DNA from: Promethearchaeota archaeon
GTDB lineage: Archaea > Asgardarchaeota > Lokiarchaeia > Sigyniarchaeales > SOKP01
Length of the DNA stretch: 64,000 nt
Assembly: GCA_016840085.1 (NCBI GenBank)
Contig: JAEOTA010000086.1
Span: 137,130 to 201,129 of the forward strand
Reading direction: 5' to 3'
The notes under the pieces are model-generated. The model was given only the letters and a program-made list of their open reading frames with translations, did no database searches and had not been told where the DNA came from. The position numbers and the translations under genes are program-made. Shown piece by piece: positions 1 through 10,645 of this stretch (its first letter is position 1; each line of letters opens with the position of its first letter).

Positions 1-76
1 CACGTAAAGTTACATTAGATATATTATTTTCGCGTTTATCATCAGTTTCTTTATCTTTATTGTCTTTCAATGACAT
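1..76 (-). CDS. 5' end of a gene running off the window edge (MSLKDNKDKETDDKRENNISNVTLR...), possibly a CDC48/VCP-like AAA ATPase
   Basis: ATG at 76 on the minus strand, open to the edge. 'VTLR(V)' resembles the start of the CDC48 N-domain, but only 25 codons are visible. Confidence 0.3.
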   Translation of the reverse strand, partial: MSLKDNKDKETDDKRENNISNVTLR

Positions 77-165
77 AATAATTCGATGATTTGCAACTAT
101 TCTTTCTTTAATATTTAAAAAAATTAACTTTGTAAAAATTTTTGCTTTTTTTCTTTAATACAAGT

Positions 166-1221
166 TTAATTTTTTTTGAAAAAATTATCCAACGAAACTT
201 GAACTTTTCCATCTTTTAATTTCCTCAATCTTTCTAAAGCGTTTTCTACCCTTTGTTTTGAGAAATTGTGCTGCTCTATTAATAGTTCTTCTATTTTTTC
301 CAAGTCAATTTTCTTGGATTTTGTTAGATGATAATCCTTATTAATATTAGGATTTAGAAAGATATTTTTAATATTATTAGCTATCTCTAAATCCAGTGAA
401 ATCTCCTTACCTCCAACCTTAACCTTATTCTTTATAATATTTTCTATTGAGTCGTATTTCTTGATTAGATTTAAAGCTATTTTTTGACCAATGCCCTTGA
501 CGCCAGAGAAGAAATCTGTACCTATTAAAACACCCATCTCTATCAATTGTTCTCGGGTGATATCAAGATTTTTCAGAAATTTAGCTAATGAGACATATTC
601 AATATCTAAAGTAACAGTAGTATCTTTTACTTTTTTACTCCTGCTAATGGCAAAATTTCGGATTAAACGCTTACCACCAAATAATAAGGTGTCATAATCT
701 TGAGAAGCACATGCCCATGCATCCCCTCGATCAACCATGTAGGCTGCCTGAGCTTCTCCTTCAGTACTTGCTTGAACTATTGGAATTCCCATATATTTTA
801 TCAATTTCTTACTTTCTTCAATCATTCCAGCATCTAATTTTGAAGTTAACTGAGCATATTTTTTAGCTTGTTTAAAATCTTCAGCATCCTGAGCTTCAAC
901 CATTTTTTTAGTAGCATCATCTTTAATTTTTTTCCTTTCTCTTATTGTCTCTAATTTTAATTCTAAAGGTTCACCATCAAATACATAAATAGGTTTAATA
1001 TCATGCTCTAAGAAGTTTATATTCCTATAGAACAATCCAGATAGATGAGAAGTTATATTTCCTTGATAATCTTTTAATGGAGTACCATCTCTTTGGCGAA
1101 TTATTGCTAAAAATTGATAAATCGTATTAAATGCATCAATAGCTATGTTTTTTTTAAAAAGGTTTTCAAAAGTTATAGTTCTTTTAACTTCCTTTACTAA
1201 TTCATTTATTTTTACGCCCAT
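166..1221 (-). CDS. fen: Flap endonuclease 1
   Basis: MGV start, IDAFNTIYQFL, TSHLSGLFYR, EGEAQAA, SQDYD, GTDF H3TH motif, C-terminal PIP box QVSLDNFF. Confidence 0.97.
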   Translation of the reverse strand: MGVKINELVKEVKRTITFENLFKKNIAIDAFNTIYQFLAIIRQRDGTPLKDYQGNITSHLSGLFYRNINFLEHDIKPIYVFDGEPLELKLETIRERKKIKDDATKKMVEAQDAEDFKQAKKYAQLTSKLDAGMIEESKKLIKYMGIPIVQASTEGEAQAAYMVDRGDAWACASQDYDTLLFGGKRLIRNFAISRSKKVKDTTVTLDIEYVSLAKFLKNLDITREQLIEMGVLIGTDFFSGVKGIGQKIALNLIKKYDSIENIIKNKVKVGGKEISLDLEIANNIKNIFLNPNINKDYHLTKSKKIDLEKIEELLIEQHNFSKQRVENALERLRKLKDGKVQVSLDNFFKKN

Positions 1222-1287
1222 TTTCTCTTATATATCATTTTTTTGCCGTATCCACTAATATATATGATACAACTTATATAATTTCCA

Positions 1288-1863
1288 CTAATATATGATA
1301 TTATTTTTTGGGCGTCTTTTCAATTTAAGACCACAAATTTCACAAATTTTATTAAAATCTTCAGTTTTATGAATAGTTTTGCAATTTGGGCAATAAATTT
1401 CCCATATTATCTTTTTCTCAATCCCATCTTTATATAATGAAGTATATGGTATATTTAATTCAGAACATACATTCTCAATTGAATAATCATTAGTATAAAG
1501 GTTTACTTTTTGATGATAATTCACAGATAATTCTAATGTTAATGCTATTAATCCTTTATCAACATTTGATAAAGCATTTAAATCACCTGTTATTTTAGAT
1601 TTTTTATTTACATCTCGGATGTATTTAATACTAGGGATTTTTATCCTTAATTTTTCACTCTCGATAGCAGCGTAAATTTTATTTAATATATGTCTATTTT
1701 TTTCCATGTATTTACTGACTTTTACTTCTTCAATTACATATGGGGTGGTATATATGATGCTTTTAAATAGATTAAAATCAATTCCCGTAAGGAATATATT
1801 TGTATCAAAAACAGCAATTTGATCTTTATCTTTTATATCGTCATTCTTCAGGTGAGTCATCAA
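1288..1863 (-). CDS. nob1: Nob1 rRNA-maturation endonuclease (PIN + Zn ribbon)
   Basis: VFDTN, LSNVDKGLIAL, TNDYSIENV, C-terminal CPNC...CEICG. Confidence 0.9.
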   Translation of the reverse strand: MMTHLKNDDIKDKDQIAVFDTNIFLTGIDFNLFKSIIYTTPYVIEEVKVSKYMEKNRHILNKIYAAIESEKLRIKIPSIKYIRDVNKKSKITGDLNALSNVDKGLIALTLELSVNYHQKVNLYTNDYSIENVCSELNIPYTSLYKDGIEKKIIWEIYCPNCKTIHKTEDFNKICEICGLKLKRRPKNNIIY

Positions 1864-2737
1864 TGGGTACTCTCAATGTTCCTATAATTTTCTTCCTTAA
1901 ACGAGAATAATAACTTCTACTAAATCGAATGAATTTTGTTTGAGATTTGGATTTACGAATTCTAATTTTAGTATTAGGAGGAATTTCTTTAATGGTTCTC
2001 TGACCATCTATAACAATTTTAGCATTTAATCGTGGTCGTAAAAGCTGGATCTCAATTTCTGAGTCTATCGGAACTATTATTGGTTTTAACCCAGATCCAG
2101 CAAAACTATTTAATGGAGTGATTTGCATAATTTCCAAATTTGGATTAACTATTGCCCCACCAGCACTTAAGTTATAAGCTGTAGATCCAACAGATGTAGA
2201 AATTATTACACCATCTAAATAGGATCGGTTTAAAAAGGCACCATTAATTTTTATTGATACTTGTAAAACTTTAGAGCTTTTAGAAGATACAATTAAAACT
2301 TCATTTAATGCACTGTTAAGTTTTACTTCTTCAGAGTTCTTAACTATATATGGTGTAATTTTCGAACATACTTCACAATCATATTCACCACTTGAAGCTT
2401 TTATTAAATCTTTAAATACAGTTCTTTCATTTGATTCGTCTAAAAAGCCTATGGAACCAACATTGACTCCCAAAATAGGTGGTGGGTTTTTTTGAGATAA
2501 ACCATTTGCCACTCTTAATATTGATCCATCACCACCTATTATAACAATAAATTCTATATTCTCAGTGGTCATTTCTGCTAAATCCATACCATTATGTGCG
2601 AATATTTTAGGAGCGATCCTCGTTTCTAAATACACAACTTCTCCTTTTTGAATTAAAAATTCAAATATTCTCTTTGCTACTTTAATTGCTCTTTCAGAAT
2701 CCAATCTGCAAGCTATAGCAATAGGTTTTTTTTCCAT
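1841..2737 (-). CDS. nadK: NAD(+) kinase
   Basis: GGDGS, GVNVGSIGFL, ALNE, DGVIISTSVGSTAYNLSAGG. Confidence 0.95.
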   Translation of the reverse strand: MEKKPIAIACRLDSERAIKVAKRIFEFLIQKGEVVYLETRIAPKIFAHNGMDLAEMTTENIEFIVIIGGDGSILRVANGLSQKNPPPILGVNVGSIGFLDESNERTVFKDLIKASSGEYDCEVCSKITPYIVKNSEEVKLNSALNEVLIVSSKSSKVLQVSIKINGAFLNRSYLDGVIISTSVGSTAYNLSAGGAIVNPNLEIMQITPLNSFAGSGLKPIIVPIDSEIEIQLLRPRLNAKIVIDGQRTIKEIPPNTKIRIRKSKSQTKFIRFSRSYYSRLRKKIIGTLRVPIDDSPEE

Positions 2738-2857
2738 GGTTATATGTCATTCTTTAATAAGATCCTAACTAATTAAATATTGTTTATTACAAAAATAAAT
2801 AATTATATAAAAAATATAATTAATGATTAATGAAGCCGTAAAATGATTTAGGTGTGC

Positions 2858-3286
2858 CTAGTTTGTAAAAACCCTATTAATAAGAGTTTTACCGGCTAAT
2901 TGCCAAAATTCTACTTGCGTAGCTGAAATTTTATCAGGATTTGTTTGAAGATCTTTCAGTTTTTTAATTAAAACCTCATCACTGGGCCAATCAACATCAA
3001 TTGATTCATAAGATTCTAAATTCATTATGTTGATCGAAGCAACTTCGATAAAATTAATTTGAGCATTTCCTTTGATAATTTCAGGAATTTCTACCATCGA
3101 ACCACTTGGAAATGTTAAACTTCTCTTATTATTATCAAATACTCCTACACAAACGACTCTTACTTTTGCATGACCATGCTTTCCACTCTTAGAACGCTCA
3201 GTGCTTTTAATAATGCAAGGTTCTTCATCATCCATAATATATTGCCCTGATTTTAACTTTTGTATCTCTGTTCTTCTAATAGACAA
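2858..3286 (-). CDS. eif5a: Translation factor aIF5A/eIF5A
   Basis: Hypusine loop SKSGKHGHAK; TTG start. Confidence 0.95.
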   Translation of the reverse strand: MSIRRTEIQKLKSGQYIMDDEEPCIIKSTERSKSGKHGHAKVRVVCVGVFDNNKRSLTFPSGSMVEIPEIIKGNAQINFIEVASINIMNLESYESIDVDWPSDEVLIKKLKDLQTNPDKISATQVEFWQLAGKTLINRVFTN

Positions 3287-3438
3287 TTACTTTTCCACCT
3301 TAGTTTATCAATTTTTATCCAAATATTTTTAATTTTGATATTTCTTTTAATTTATAATATAATATATTTATTCAAAAAAAAATATTAGTTTTTGATTATT
3401 ATCTCAAATAATTCAACTAAATCTTTAGCTGGGATTTA

Positions 3439-4812
3439 ATGGTTTTATCACAACTTGGTAGATCTTTAGATAATGCAATTCGAAAAATTAGACGACTTCC
3501 TATCGTGGATAAAGATGCAATAAATGCTCTTATTCAGGACTTACAACGAAGTCTACTTAGTTCGGATGTAAAAGTGGAATTAGTCTTCCAGATGACAGAA
3601 AATATTAGAAAAGAAGCGACACGTACTAAACTTCAAAAAGCAAGAAGGAAAGATTTTGTAATTAAATTAGTACATGATGAGCTAATAAATCTTTTAGGAG
3701 GGAAACCAGCTCCGATACGTATAAAACCAGGAAAGAAGAATGTAATTCTACTTGTTGGTATTCAAGGTTCAGGTAAGACAACCACAATTGCAAAATTAGC
3801 AAAGTATTATAAAAGTAAAGGATTTAAGGTTGCCACATTGACTACTGATACTTGGCGACCTGGAGCTTATGAACAACTTGTCCAATTGTCAGAGCAAGTG
3901 GGAATAAAATGTTATGGTAATCCTAATGAAAAAAATGCTATTAAGATTGCTATTCAAGAAACAAAAAGAGCAATAAATGATGGGAATGATCTTATTATCG
4001 CAGATACTGCAGGTAGACATAAAGAAGAAAAAGAACTAATGAAAGAAATGTCAGTTCTTGAAGAAAAATTAAAACCAAATGAAATTATTTTAGTAATTGA
4101 TGGTACCTTAGGTCAACAAGCATTTAAACAAGCAGAGGCTTTTGCTCAGACAACTAATTTAGGCTCAATTATAGTCACTAAATTAGATGGAACTGCTAAA
4201 GGTGGTGGTGCTTTATCAGCTTGTGCAGCAGCAAAGGTAGGTATTCGTTTCATAGGGACAGGAGAAAAAATAGAAAATCTCGAAGAGTTTGAATCATCTA
4301 AATTTGTTGGAACATTACTTGGTATCCCTGATATCGAAAGTTTAATCCAAAAAGTACAAGAAGCAGAAGTCGTTCCAGATGATGAAACAGTCAGAAGGAT
4401 GATGATGGGGAAATTTACTCTTGAAGATTTATATATACAACTTACGAATATAAAAAAAGTTGGAAAATTTAAACAGATTTTATCTATGATGGGTGGAGGT
4501 AATATCCCAGATGTATTAAAGGAAGATGCTGAAAGGAATCTCGAAAAATGGAGGATTGTGTTAGATTCGATGACCCATGAAGAGAAGATCAATCCCAAAA
4601 TCATTAAAAAAACACGAAAAAGAAGAATTGCTATTGGAAGTGGGACAGAATATGCAGTGATTAATCGAATGCTTGAACAATATTCACAAATGAAAAAATT
4701 TATGCGAAGATTCCTCCAAATGCAGAAAAAAGGGAAAGGAGTCCCGGGGTTGCCGGGAATTCCTGGGGGAAAAGCGGCAGCAGATTTTATGAAAAAATTA
4801 GGTAAGTTTTAG
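3439..4812 (+). CDS. srp54: Signal recognition particle protein SRP54
   Basis: GIQGSGKTTT, DTWRPGA, DTAGRH, TKLDGTAKGGG, Met-rich M domain. Confidence 0.97.
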   Translation: MVLSQLGRSLDNAIRKIRRLPIVDKDAINALIQDLQRSLLSSDVKVELVFQMTENIRKEATRTKLQKARRKDFVIKLVHDELINLLGGKPAPIRIKPGKKNVILLVGIQGSGKTTTIAKLAKYYKSKGFKVATLTTDTWRPGAYEQLVQLSEQVGIKCYGNPNEKNAIKIAIQETKRAINDGNDLIIADTAGRHKEEKELMKEMSVLEEKLKPNEIILVIDGTLGQQAFKQAEAFAQTTNLGSIIVTKLDGTAKGGGALSACAAAKVGIRFIGTGEKIENLEEFESSKFVGTLLGIPDIESLIQKVQEAEVVPDDETVRRMMMGKFTLEDLYIQLTNIKKVGKFKQILSMMGGGNIPDVLKEDAERNLEKWRIVLDSMTHEEKINPKIIKKTRKRRIAIGSGTEYAVINRMLEQYSQMKKFMRRFLQMQKKGKGVPGLPGIPGGKAAADFMKKLGKF

Positions 4813-4834
4813 ATCAACAATTAGAGCCTTTTAT

Positions 4835-5491
4835 TTGATTAAATTGGTAAATTTTCTACTTCTATTAAAAAAGATTACCGACTATAGTAAAAAGGATATT
4901 GATAAAGGAAATATTCCTATTATTATTTATGAATTATGTTCATGTATAAGAGAGGCCTTCTGTTTATCTTATTCTATAAGAAAGGATAATAATTTATACT
5001 TATATTTTGAAAAAGAGTATGTTTTAATTAGATTTAAAGGAAAAAGATTAAGATATTTAGGTCCTGATGAGAGATCTCAAGCAATACTTTTAGATAAGGC
5101 CTTAAATAAAGCAAGACAGATCATCTCTCCAGAAAGTGAAAGATGGGAGAAATCAACTCCAGGAATATATATAAAAAAATACTCTGATAATAATTCTTTT
5201 ATGAATTCTTTTTTTTCAAATAAAAAAGGAAAGATATATCTCATTTTAGATAATTTTAAAGAAAATAATAAAAAAATAGATATTCTTTCATTAGATAAGG
5301 ACTTCTTAGCTATTTTGGATAATGATTTTTATATTATTCCGACTTATAATACTTTAAATGAAAATATGGAATTTTTAGAATTATTCAAAACCTTAAAAAA
5401 TATATTGAGATTATCCATTCCAAAAGCTAAAACAATAGAAAATAAAATTCTATATTTAAATTTTCGTAAGGATCAACAAACAAATCTATAA
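4835..5491 (+). CDS. TrmY-like (tRNA pseudouridine-54 N1-methyltransferase family) protein with a divergent C-terminus
   Basis: LCSCIREAFCLSYSIRKD, LRYLGPDERS and STPGI match the TrmY N-half. The SAM-knot motif is not recognisable. Confidence 0.6.
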   Translation: MIKLVNFLLLLKKITDYSKKDIDKGNIPIIIYELCSCIREAFCLSYSIRKDNNLYLYFEKEYVLIRFKGKRLRYLGPDERSQAILLDKALNKARQIISPESERWEKSTPGIYIKKYSDNNSFMNSFFSNKKGKIYLILDNFKENNKKIDILSLDKDFLAILDNDFYIIPTYNTLNENMEFLELFKTLKNILRLSIPKAKTIENKILYLNFRKDQQTNL

Positions 5492-5506
5492 TATTAAAAC
5501 ATAGAT

Positions 5507-6901
5507 ATGATTTTAAAAAACGCAAGAGTTTATTCTGATGGTTTAATTCATAATGGAGCTATTCTCATCAATAATGGTATTATAAGTCAAATTAAATTTA
5601 CCTCTAAAGCAGAAGAATTTAAAGAATTAACTGAAAAAAATCAAGATGGTAAAGAAATTGATTGTCAAAATAAATTAATCTTGCCAGGGATAATCGATAT
5701 TCATTCTCATTTGCGTGATATGGGACAAAAAGAAAAAGAAACATTCCTAACTGGTACGATGGCAGCTGCTTTTTCAGGGATAACAACCATATTTAATATG
5801 CCAAACACAAAACCACCAGCTATTACTGAAAAACAAGTTAAATCATGGATTAGAGAAGCCGAAAAAAATATTTATGTAGATGTAGGATTTATAGCAGGGG
5901 TTCCTAATGAAATAAATGAAGCTGAAATAGAAAAAATCATTAATTTAGGCATTTTTGGTTTCAAGATTTACCCTCTTAGTCCTTTAAATGATATAGATTG
6001 GAATAATGGTGTAAATATTCAAAAAATCCTAATTATCTCTTCTAAATACCAAGTTCCGATATTTATTCATGCTGCATTTCCTATCTCTGATTTTGAAAGA
6101 GAACAAATTACTGAAGAATTTAAAATTCAAAAAATTCCAATATTAGAATTTCATAATAGATTAAATCCAGTTAAAACAGAGGAAGAGTATATTAGCTTTA
6201 TAATTGAAAGCTATAAAAAGCTTATTATAGAAGAGGAATTTAATCCAAAGAAATATCCAATCATTCATTTTTGTCATGTGAGTTGTATCGAAAGCTATTT
6301 AACTATTCAAAGAGCCTTAAAATCAGATGACGATTTAAAAATATCTTACGAGGTCACACCACATCATCTACTATTGTCAAATAATCTAACTTTAACAAAT
6401 GTTAATTATGGAAAAGTATTACCTCCTTTAAGAAAACTGGAGCATCAAAAATTCTTATTCAATGAGTTAAAAGAAGGGAAAATTGAAATAATAGGCACTG
6501 ATCATGCACCCCACACAATAGAGGAAAAATCGTTAGAATATCTCAAAGCACCATCAGGGTTCCCCGGTTTTGAAACATATCCATTATTAATTCTTGATAA
6601 AATATTTAATTTCGAACTTCCATTAGAGAATTTTGTTAAGGCATCCTCTGAGAATCCCGCTAAGAAATTCAATTTAAAAAGTAAAGGTTTTATTAAAGAA
6701 GGTTATGATGCTGATTTATTAATTGTTGATAAAGTACCCAAATACCAACTAAATCTAAACAATTTTAGGACCAAAGCTAAATTTTCTCCTTTTGAAAATT
6801 TTAAAACTAGTGTTCAGATTTGGAAAGTATTTTTAAGGGGAATTGAAATAAATTATAATAATATTAACCCAAATGGAAAAATAATATATAGAAAGTTATA
6901 A
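5507..6901 (+). CDS. pyrC: Dihydroorotase (amidohydrolase superfamily)
   Basis: PGIIDIHSHLR, MPNTKP, HVS, EVTPHHL, GTDHAPH, ADL. Confidence 0.85.
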   Translation: MILKNARVYSDGLIHNGAILINNGIISQIKFTSKAEEFKELTEKNQDGKEIDCQNKLILPGIIDIHSHLRDMGQKEKETFLTGTMAAAFSGITTIFNMPNTKPPAITEKQVKSWIREAEKNIYVDVGFIAGVPNEINEAEIEKIINLGIFGFKIYPLSPLNDIDWNNGVNIQKILIISSKYQVPIFIHAAFPISDFEREQITEEFKIQKIPILEFHNRLNPVKTEEEYISFIIESYKKLIIEEEFNPKKYPIIHFCHVSCIESYLTIQRALKSDDDLKISYEVTPHHLLLSNNLTLTNVNYGKVLPPLRKLEHQKFLFNELKEGKIEIIGTDHAPHTIEEKSLEYLKAPSGFPGFETYPLLILDKIFNFELPLENFVKASSENPAKKFNLKSKGFIKEGYDADLLIVDKVPKYQLNLNNFRTKAKFSPFENFKTSVQIWKVFLRGIEINYNNINPNGKIIYRKL

Positions 6902-6961
6902 AGTATATATGCTAAAACAGTATAATTATATATAACTCATTTGAATGATAGGAGCTATAAC

Positions 6962-7591
6962 ATGTCTAAAAATGATGAATTTAATTTAGAAGAAGGGAGA
7001 ATACTATTAGAATTCGCTCGAAAAAATATTGAATTTTTTTTAGAAAACAATAGGAGAATTCCAGTACCAGAAGAAATAAAAGAAAAATTTCAAAGTAAAT
7101 ATGGTGCTTTTGTTACTTTAAATAAATTTAATGTTACAGGAAATCAATTAAGAGGATGTATTGGTTATATTGAACCTACATATCCATTGTATGACGTTAT
7201 ACACAGAGTCTCTATCAGTTCAGCTATAGAAGATCCACGATTTCCCTCCGTTTTACTAGAAGAAATGGATGAAATAATCATTGAATTATCGATATTAACA
7301 CCACCCAAATTAATTAAAGTGGAAAATACAAATGGTTACTTCAATAAAATTGTAATTGGGAGAGATGGGCTTATAGCAGAGAGAGGGATGAGAAGAGGTT
7401 TACTTCTTCCTCAAGTACCTGTTGATCATGACAGAAATTGGGATGTAGAAACGTTTCTTTCACATACATGTAAAAAAGCGTGGTTACCAAAAGATGCATG
7501 GAAAGAAAAAGAGACAAAAATTTATTCTTTTCAAGCAATTCTATTTGAAGAGAAGACACCAAGAGGAGAAGTAATAAGAAAATATTTATGA
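6962..7591 (+). CDS. AMMECR1/AmmeMemoRadiSam protein A family
   Basis: GAFVTL, LRGCIG, EDPRF, IGRDGL, GLLLPQV. ATG at 6962 is preferred over TTG at 6941. Confidence 0.92.
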   Translation: MSKNDEFNLEEGRILLEFARKNIEFFLENNRRIPVPEEIKEKFQSKYGAFVTLNKFNVTGNQLRGCIGYIEPTYPLYDVIHRVSISSAIEDPRFPSVLLEEMDEIIIELSILTPPKLIKVENTNGYFNKIVIGRDGLIAERGMRRGLLLPQVPVDHDRNWDVETFLSHTCKKAWLPKDAWKEKETKIYSFQAILFEEKTPRGEVIRKYL

Positions 7592-7700
7592 AAATAATTA
7601 ATCTTTACTTTTAAGAAGGGAACTTAAAAAGATTTTACAAATTACTTTATCATTGAATTTAGATAAATTAGAAAATTAAAAAATAAGGATTACCTATTAA

Positions 7701-9209
7701 ATGGAAAGTTCTGATAATAAAATCCTAACAATTGATATATCTTCCAATAATATAAAAGTAGGTTTAGTTTCAGAAAAATTAGAATTAGAAGCTTACTCAC
7801 TTCAACCTTATGAAATAATTAATGAAGATATCGATGGATTTGCAAAATCAATTGATATGACCAACCTTTGGAAACAAATTAATACAGGTATTAAAAATGT
7901 ATTAAAAAGGGGAAAATTTGAAAGATTACTAGGAATATCTTCATGCGGACAAAGGATGGCAGTTGTTTTCTTAGATAAAGCAGGTAATGAAATTTATGGT
8001 GGTCCTAATACAGATATTAGGGGTATTGATTCTGCCTATCTTATAGAAGACCACTTCTCTGAAGAGGAATTATTTAAAATTACTGGTCATAGCCCTTCTG
8101 TGATGTTTGTATTAGCTCGCTTATTATGGTTTCAAGAAGAAGAGGAGGATAAATTTAAACAAATTAGTAAAATATTGATGCTTGATGATTGGATTGTATA
8201 TAAACTCACTGGAGAATGTTATACTGACTATACATCTGTTGGTGAATCTCAACTTTTTGACGTGAATAAAAAAACATGGAGTTCAGAAATTATAGACGCA
8301 TTTAATTTTGACAATGAAATATTTCCTGAAATTGTGAAATCTGGAACAGTTATAGGTAATTTGAAATCGGAATTAATCAAAAAGTATGGAATAAAACAGA
8401 TCGAGATTCCTGTTATCAAAGGTTGTGGGGATACCCAAGCAAATTTAATAGGTATGGGAGTAATTGAAGATGGAAATATAGGAATAACTTTAGGTACAAC
8501 AGCTCCAGTTCATTTAGTTGTAAATAAACCTATATTTGACACTGAATTAAATTTTTGGACAGAATGTCATATAATTGATGATAAATGGCTAATTGAGGCA
8601 AATACTGGAAGTGCAGGTAGAGTCTATGATTGGTTTAAAGATGCATTTCTACATAATACCATAATAAATGGCGATGACTTAATGCAATCCTATTTGCATA
8701 AAAGTAAACCTGGAGCAGATTCAACTTATGCGTTTTTAGGACCTGAACTTATGGCAATTAAAGATATGACTTCAATTAAGAGGGGAGTCTTCACTTTTCA
8801 GCCTCCAAGCATGATTGGTGAAAGATTGCCAAAAATAGAAAACTTTGCTAGAAGTTCTATTGAAAATATATGTTTTGGAGTATTAGAAAATGTTCAAGCT
8901 TTATGTAAATTTACCGATTCAGATGTGAAAATATTTACTTCAGGTGGAATGTCAAAGTCAAAGGAATTATGTAAAATTTTAGCAAATGTTTTGAATAAAA
9001 ATTTGCATGTACCTTTGGTTAAAGAATCAGCATTTATAGGATGTGCTATGAACGTATTAGTAGGTTTGAAATTATATTCTAATTATAAAATAATTTTAGA
9101 TAAATTGGTAAATTTTGAAAAATTCCATGTTGATTCTTCTATTTCAGAGGATTACAAAAATATATATACTGAGTGGAAGAATTTAAAAAATAAATTAGAT
9201 GATTTATAA
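7701..9209 (+). CDS. FGGY-family carbohydrate kinase
   Basis: ISSCGQR, LMLDDWIVYKLTG, GCGDTQA, LGTT, SGGMSKS. Confidence 0.88.
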   Translation: MESSDNKILTIDISSNNIKVGLVSEKLELEAYSLQPYEIINEDIDGFAKSIDMTNLWKQINTGIKNVLKRGKFERLLGISSCGQRMAVVFLDKAGNEIYGGPNTDIRGIDSAYLIEDHFSEEELFKITGHSPSVMFVLARLLWFQEEEEDKFKQISKILMLDDWIVYKLTGECYTDYTSVGESQLFDVNKKTWSSEIIDAFNFDNEIFPEIVKSGTVIGNLKSELIKKYGIKQIEIPVIKGCGDTQANLIGMGVIEDGNIGITLGTTAPVHLVVNKPIFDTELNFWTECHIIDDKWLIEANTGSAGRVYDWFKDAFLHNTIINGDDLMQSYLHKSKPGADSTYAFLGPELMAIKDMTSIKRGVFTFQPPSMIGERLPKIENFARSSIENICFGVLENVQALCKFTDSDVKIFTSGGMSKSKELCKILANVLNKNLHVPLVKESAFIGCAMNVLVGLKLYSNYKIILDKLVNFEKFHVDSSISEDYKNIYTEWKNLKNKLDDL

Positions 9210-9218
9210 ATACTTGTT

Positions 9219-9998
9219 TCATTTCTTTATAAACGGTTTTAGTTCTTTACCTTTTTTCCAATACCATTCAAACAATTCCATAGACCATTTTATAAAAGTT
9301 TCAATGTTATCAAATAAACATTCACTATAGTCAATTTTTCCCTCTCTTCTTAAAAAAAGAATCGCTCCTTTATCAGAAACTAAGAGAGAGAAATCAATTT
9401 GTGTCAAAACTCTAATATTCTCTGTTATATTTAACTTTTGGTAAAAAGCATGACGATCTTCTAATTTCTCATAGCTTTTTGACTTTAAAACAGTTTCATC
9501 TACTAACGCTCGGATATCAAATGATATATTATTAATTTTTTTTTCTACTACAGGTAGAATTGAATCTTGAAACTGATCTGAAATTGCTAAGATGTATTTT
9601 TCTGAATCTTTAATTAGATGCAACCATAATTCTATATTTTGCATTGTACCCTTGTTTATTCTGAGAGTTTTTAAATTTCCTAATTGCAAAATTAAATTCA
9701 ATGGGAGATCATATATATTATGGTTATTAAAATAATTCTCATACTTTAATGATATTTTAAAAATATCTAATGTTTGTAGGAAAAATCTACCTATATTTGT
9801 AATCTCATATTTATTATCTCTATCTTTTTTAACTAAATTTTTCGCGATAAGTCTCTTTAAATGACGGGAAACTTCAGATCCTCGTATATCCAATTCTTTT
9901 TCTATTTGACTGTGTCGCTTACTTTCATTAAATAGACATTTAAATACCTTAAATCTCCCTTCATTTGAAAATTCAAAAAACAATTCATTAATTCTCAA
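9219..9998 (-). CDS. Archaeal ArsR-type wHTH transcriptional regulator with a C-terminal effector (DUF1724-like) domain
   Basis: EVSRHLKRL helix, YEITNIG wing, C-terminal WSMELFEWYWKK. Confidence 0.8.
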   Translation of the reverse strand: MRINELFFEFSNEGRFKVFKCLFNESKRHSQIEKELDIRGSEVSRHLKRLIAKNLVKKDRDNKYEITNIGRFFLQTLDIFKISLKYENYFNNHNIYDLPLNLILQLGNLKTLRINKGTMQNIELWLHLIKDSEKYILAISDQFQDSILPVVEKKINNISFDIRALVDETVLKSKSYEKLEDRHAFYQKLNITENIRVLTQIDFSLLVSDKGAILFLRREGKIDYSECLFDNIETFIKWSMELFEWYWKKGKELKPFIKK

Positions 9999-10215
9999 AA
10001 GTATTCACTACGACAGTTTTTTTTGAAAATATAAGCTTAAAATCTTTAATATTATATTTGTTTAAATTAATTAAAAATTATTTTCAATATTCAAAATATT
10101 TTTAGAACGAAAAAACAATTTTTAAAGTCATTAGAGGGTTTCTTTATTACATTTTATTCATTTATAATAATTAACAAAATGAATTTAATATTGATTCATG
10201 AACAATTAAGAAAAT

Positions 10216-10575
10216 GTGAAACTCATGTCACAATTTGAAATAATAAATAATTGTTTAGAAGAAATCAAAAATCGTTATAATAATAACGAAAAAATAAGAA
10301 AAAAATTAGCTAAGTATGAAGAACCTATTCAATTAACATTTCTAGATACCAATAGAAAAGTACTTATCCTAATTAATAAAGATCAAGGGATTGAAATAAA
10401 AGATAACACCGGAGATGATACTGCAAATGTAAAAATTGAATTTGCAGGAGAACGAGTAATGATCAACTTATTCAATAAGGAATTAGGAGCTGTTAAAGCA
10501 TACTCTGATGGTAAAATTAAAGTTATTGAGGGTAATATACGAAGCTTAATAAAACTTCGAAGTTTAATATTCTAA
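10216..10575 (+). CDS. SCP2 sterol/lipid-binding domain protein
   Basis: C-terminal AVKAYSDGKIKVIEGN matches the SCP2 AFxxGKLKVxG pattern. Confidence 0.75.
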   Translation: MKLMSQFEIINNCLEEIKNRYNNNEKIRKKLAKYEEPIQLTFLDTNRKVLILINKDQGIEIKDNTGDDTANVKIEFAGERVMINLFNKELGAVKAYSDGKIKVIEGNIRSLIKLRSLIF

Positions 10576-10645
10576 CTAACTTCTTTAAAATAAGATTTTA
10601 TGCAATTACATTTTTTAAATTTTAAATTACTACTACATTGGTGTA

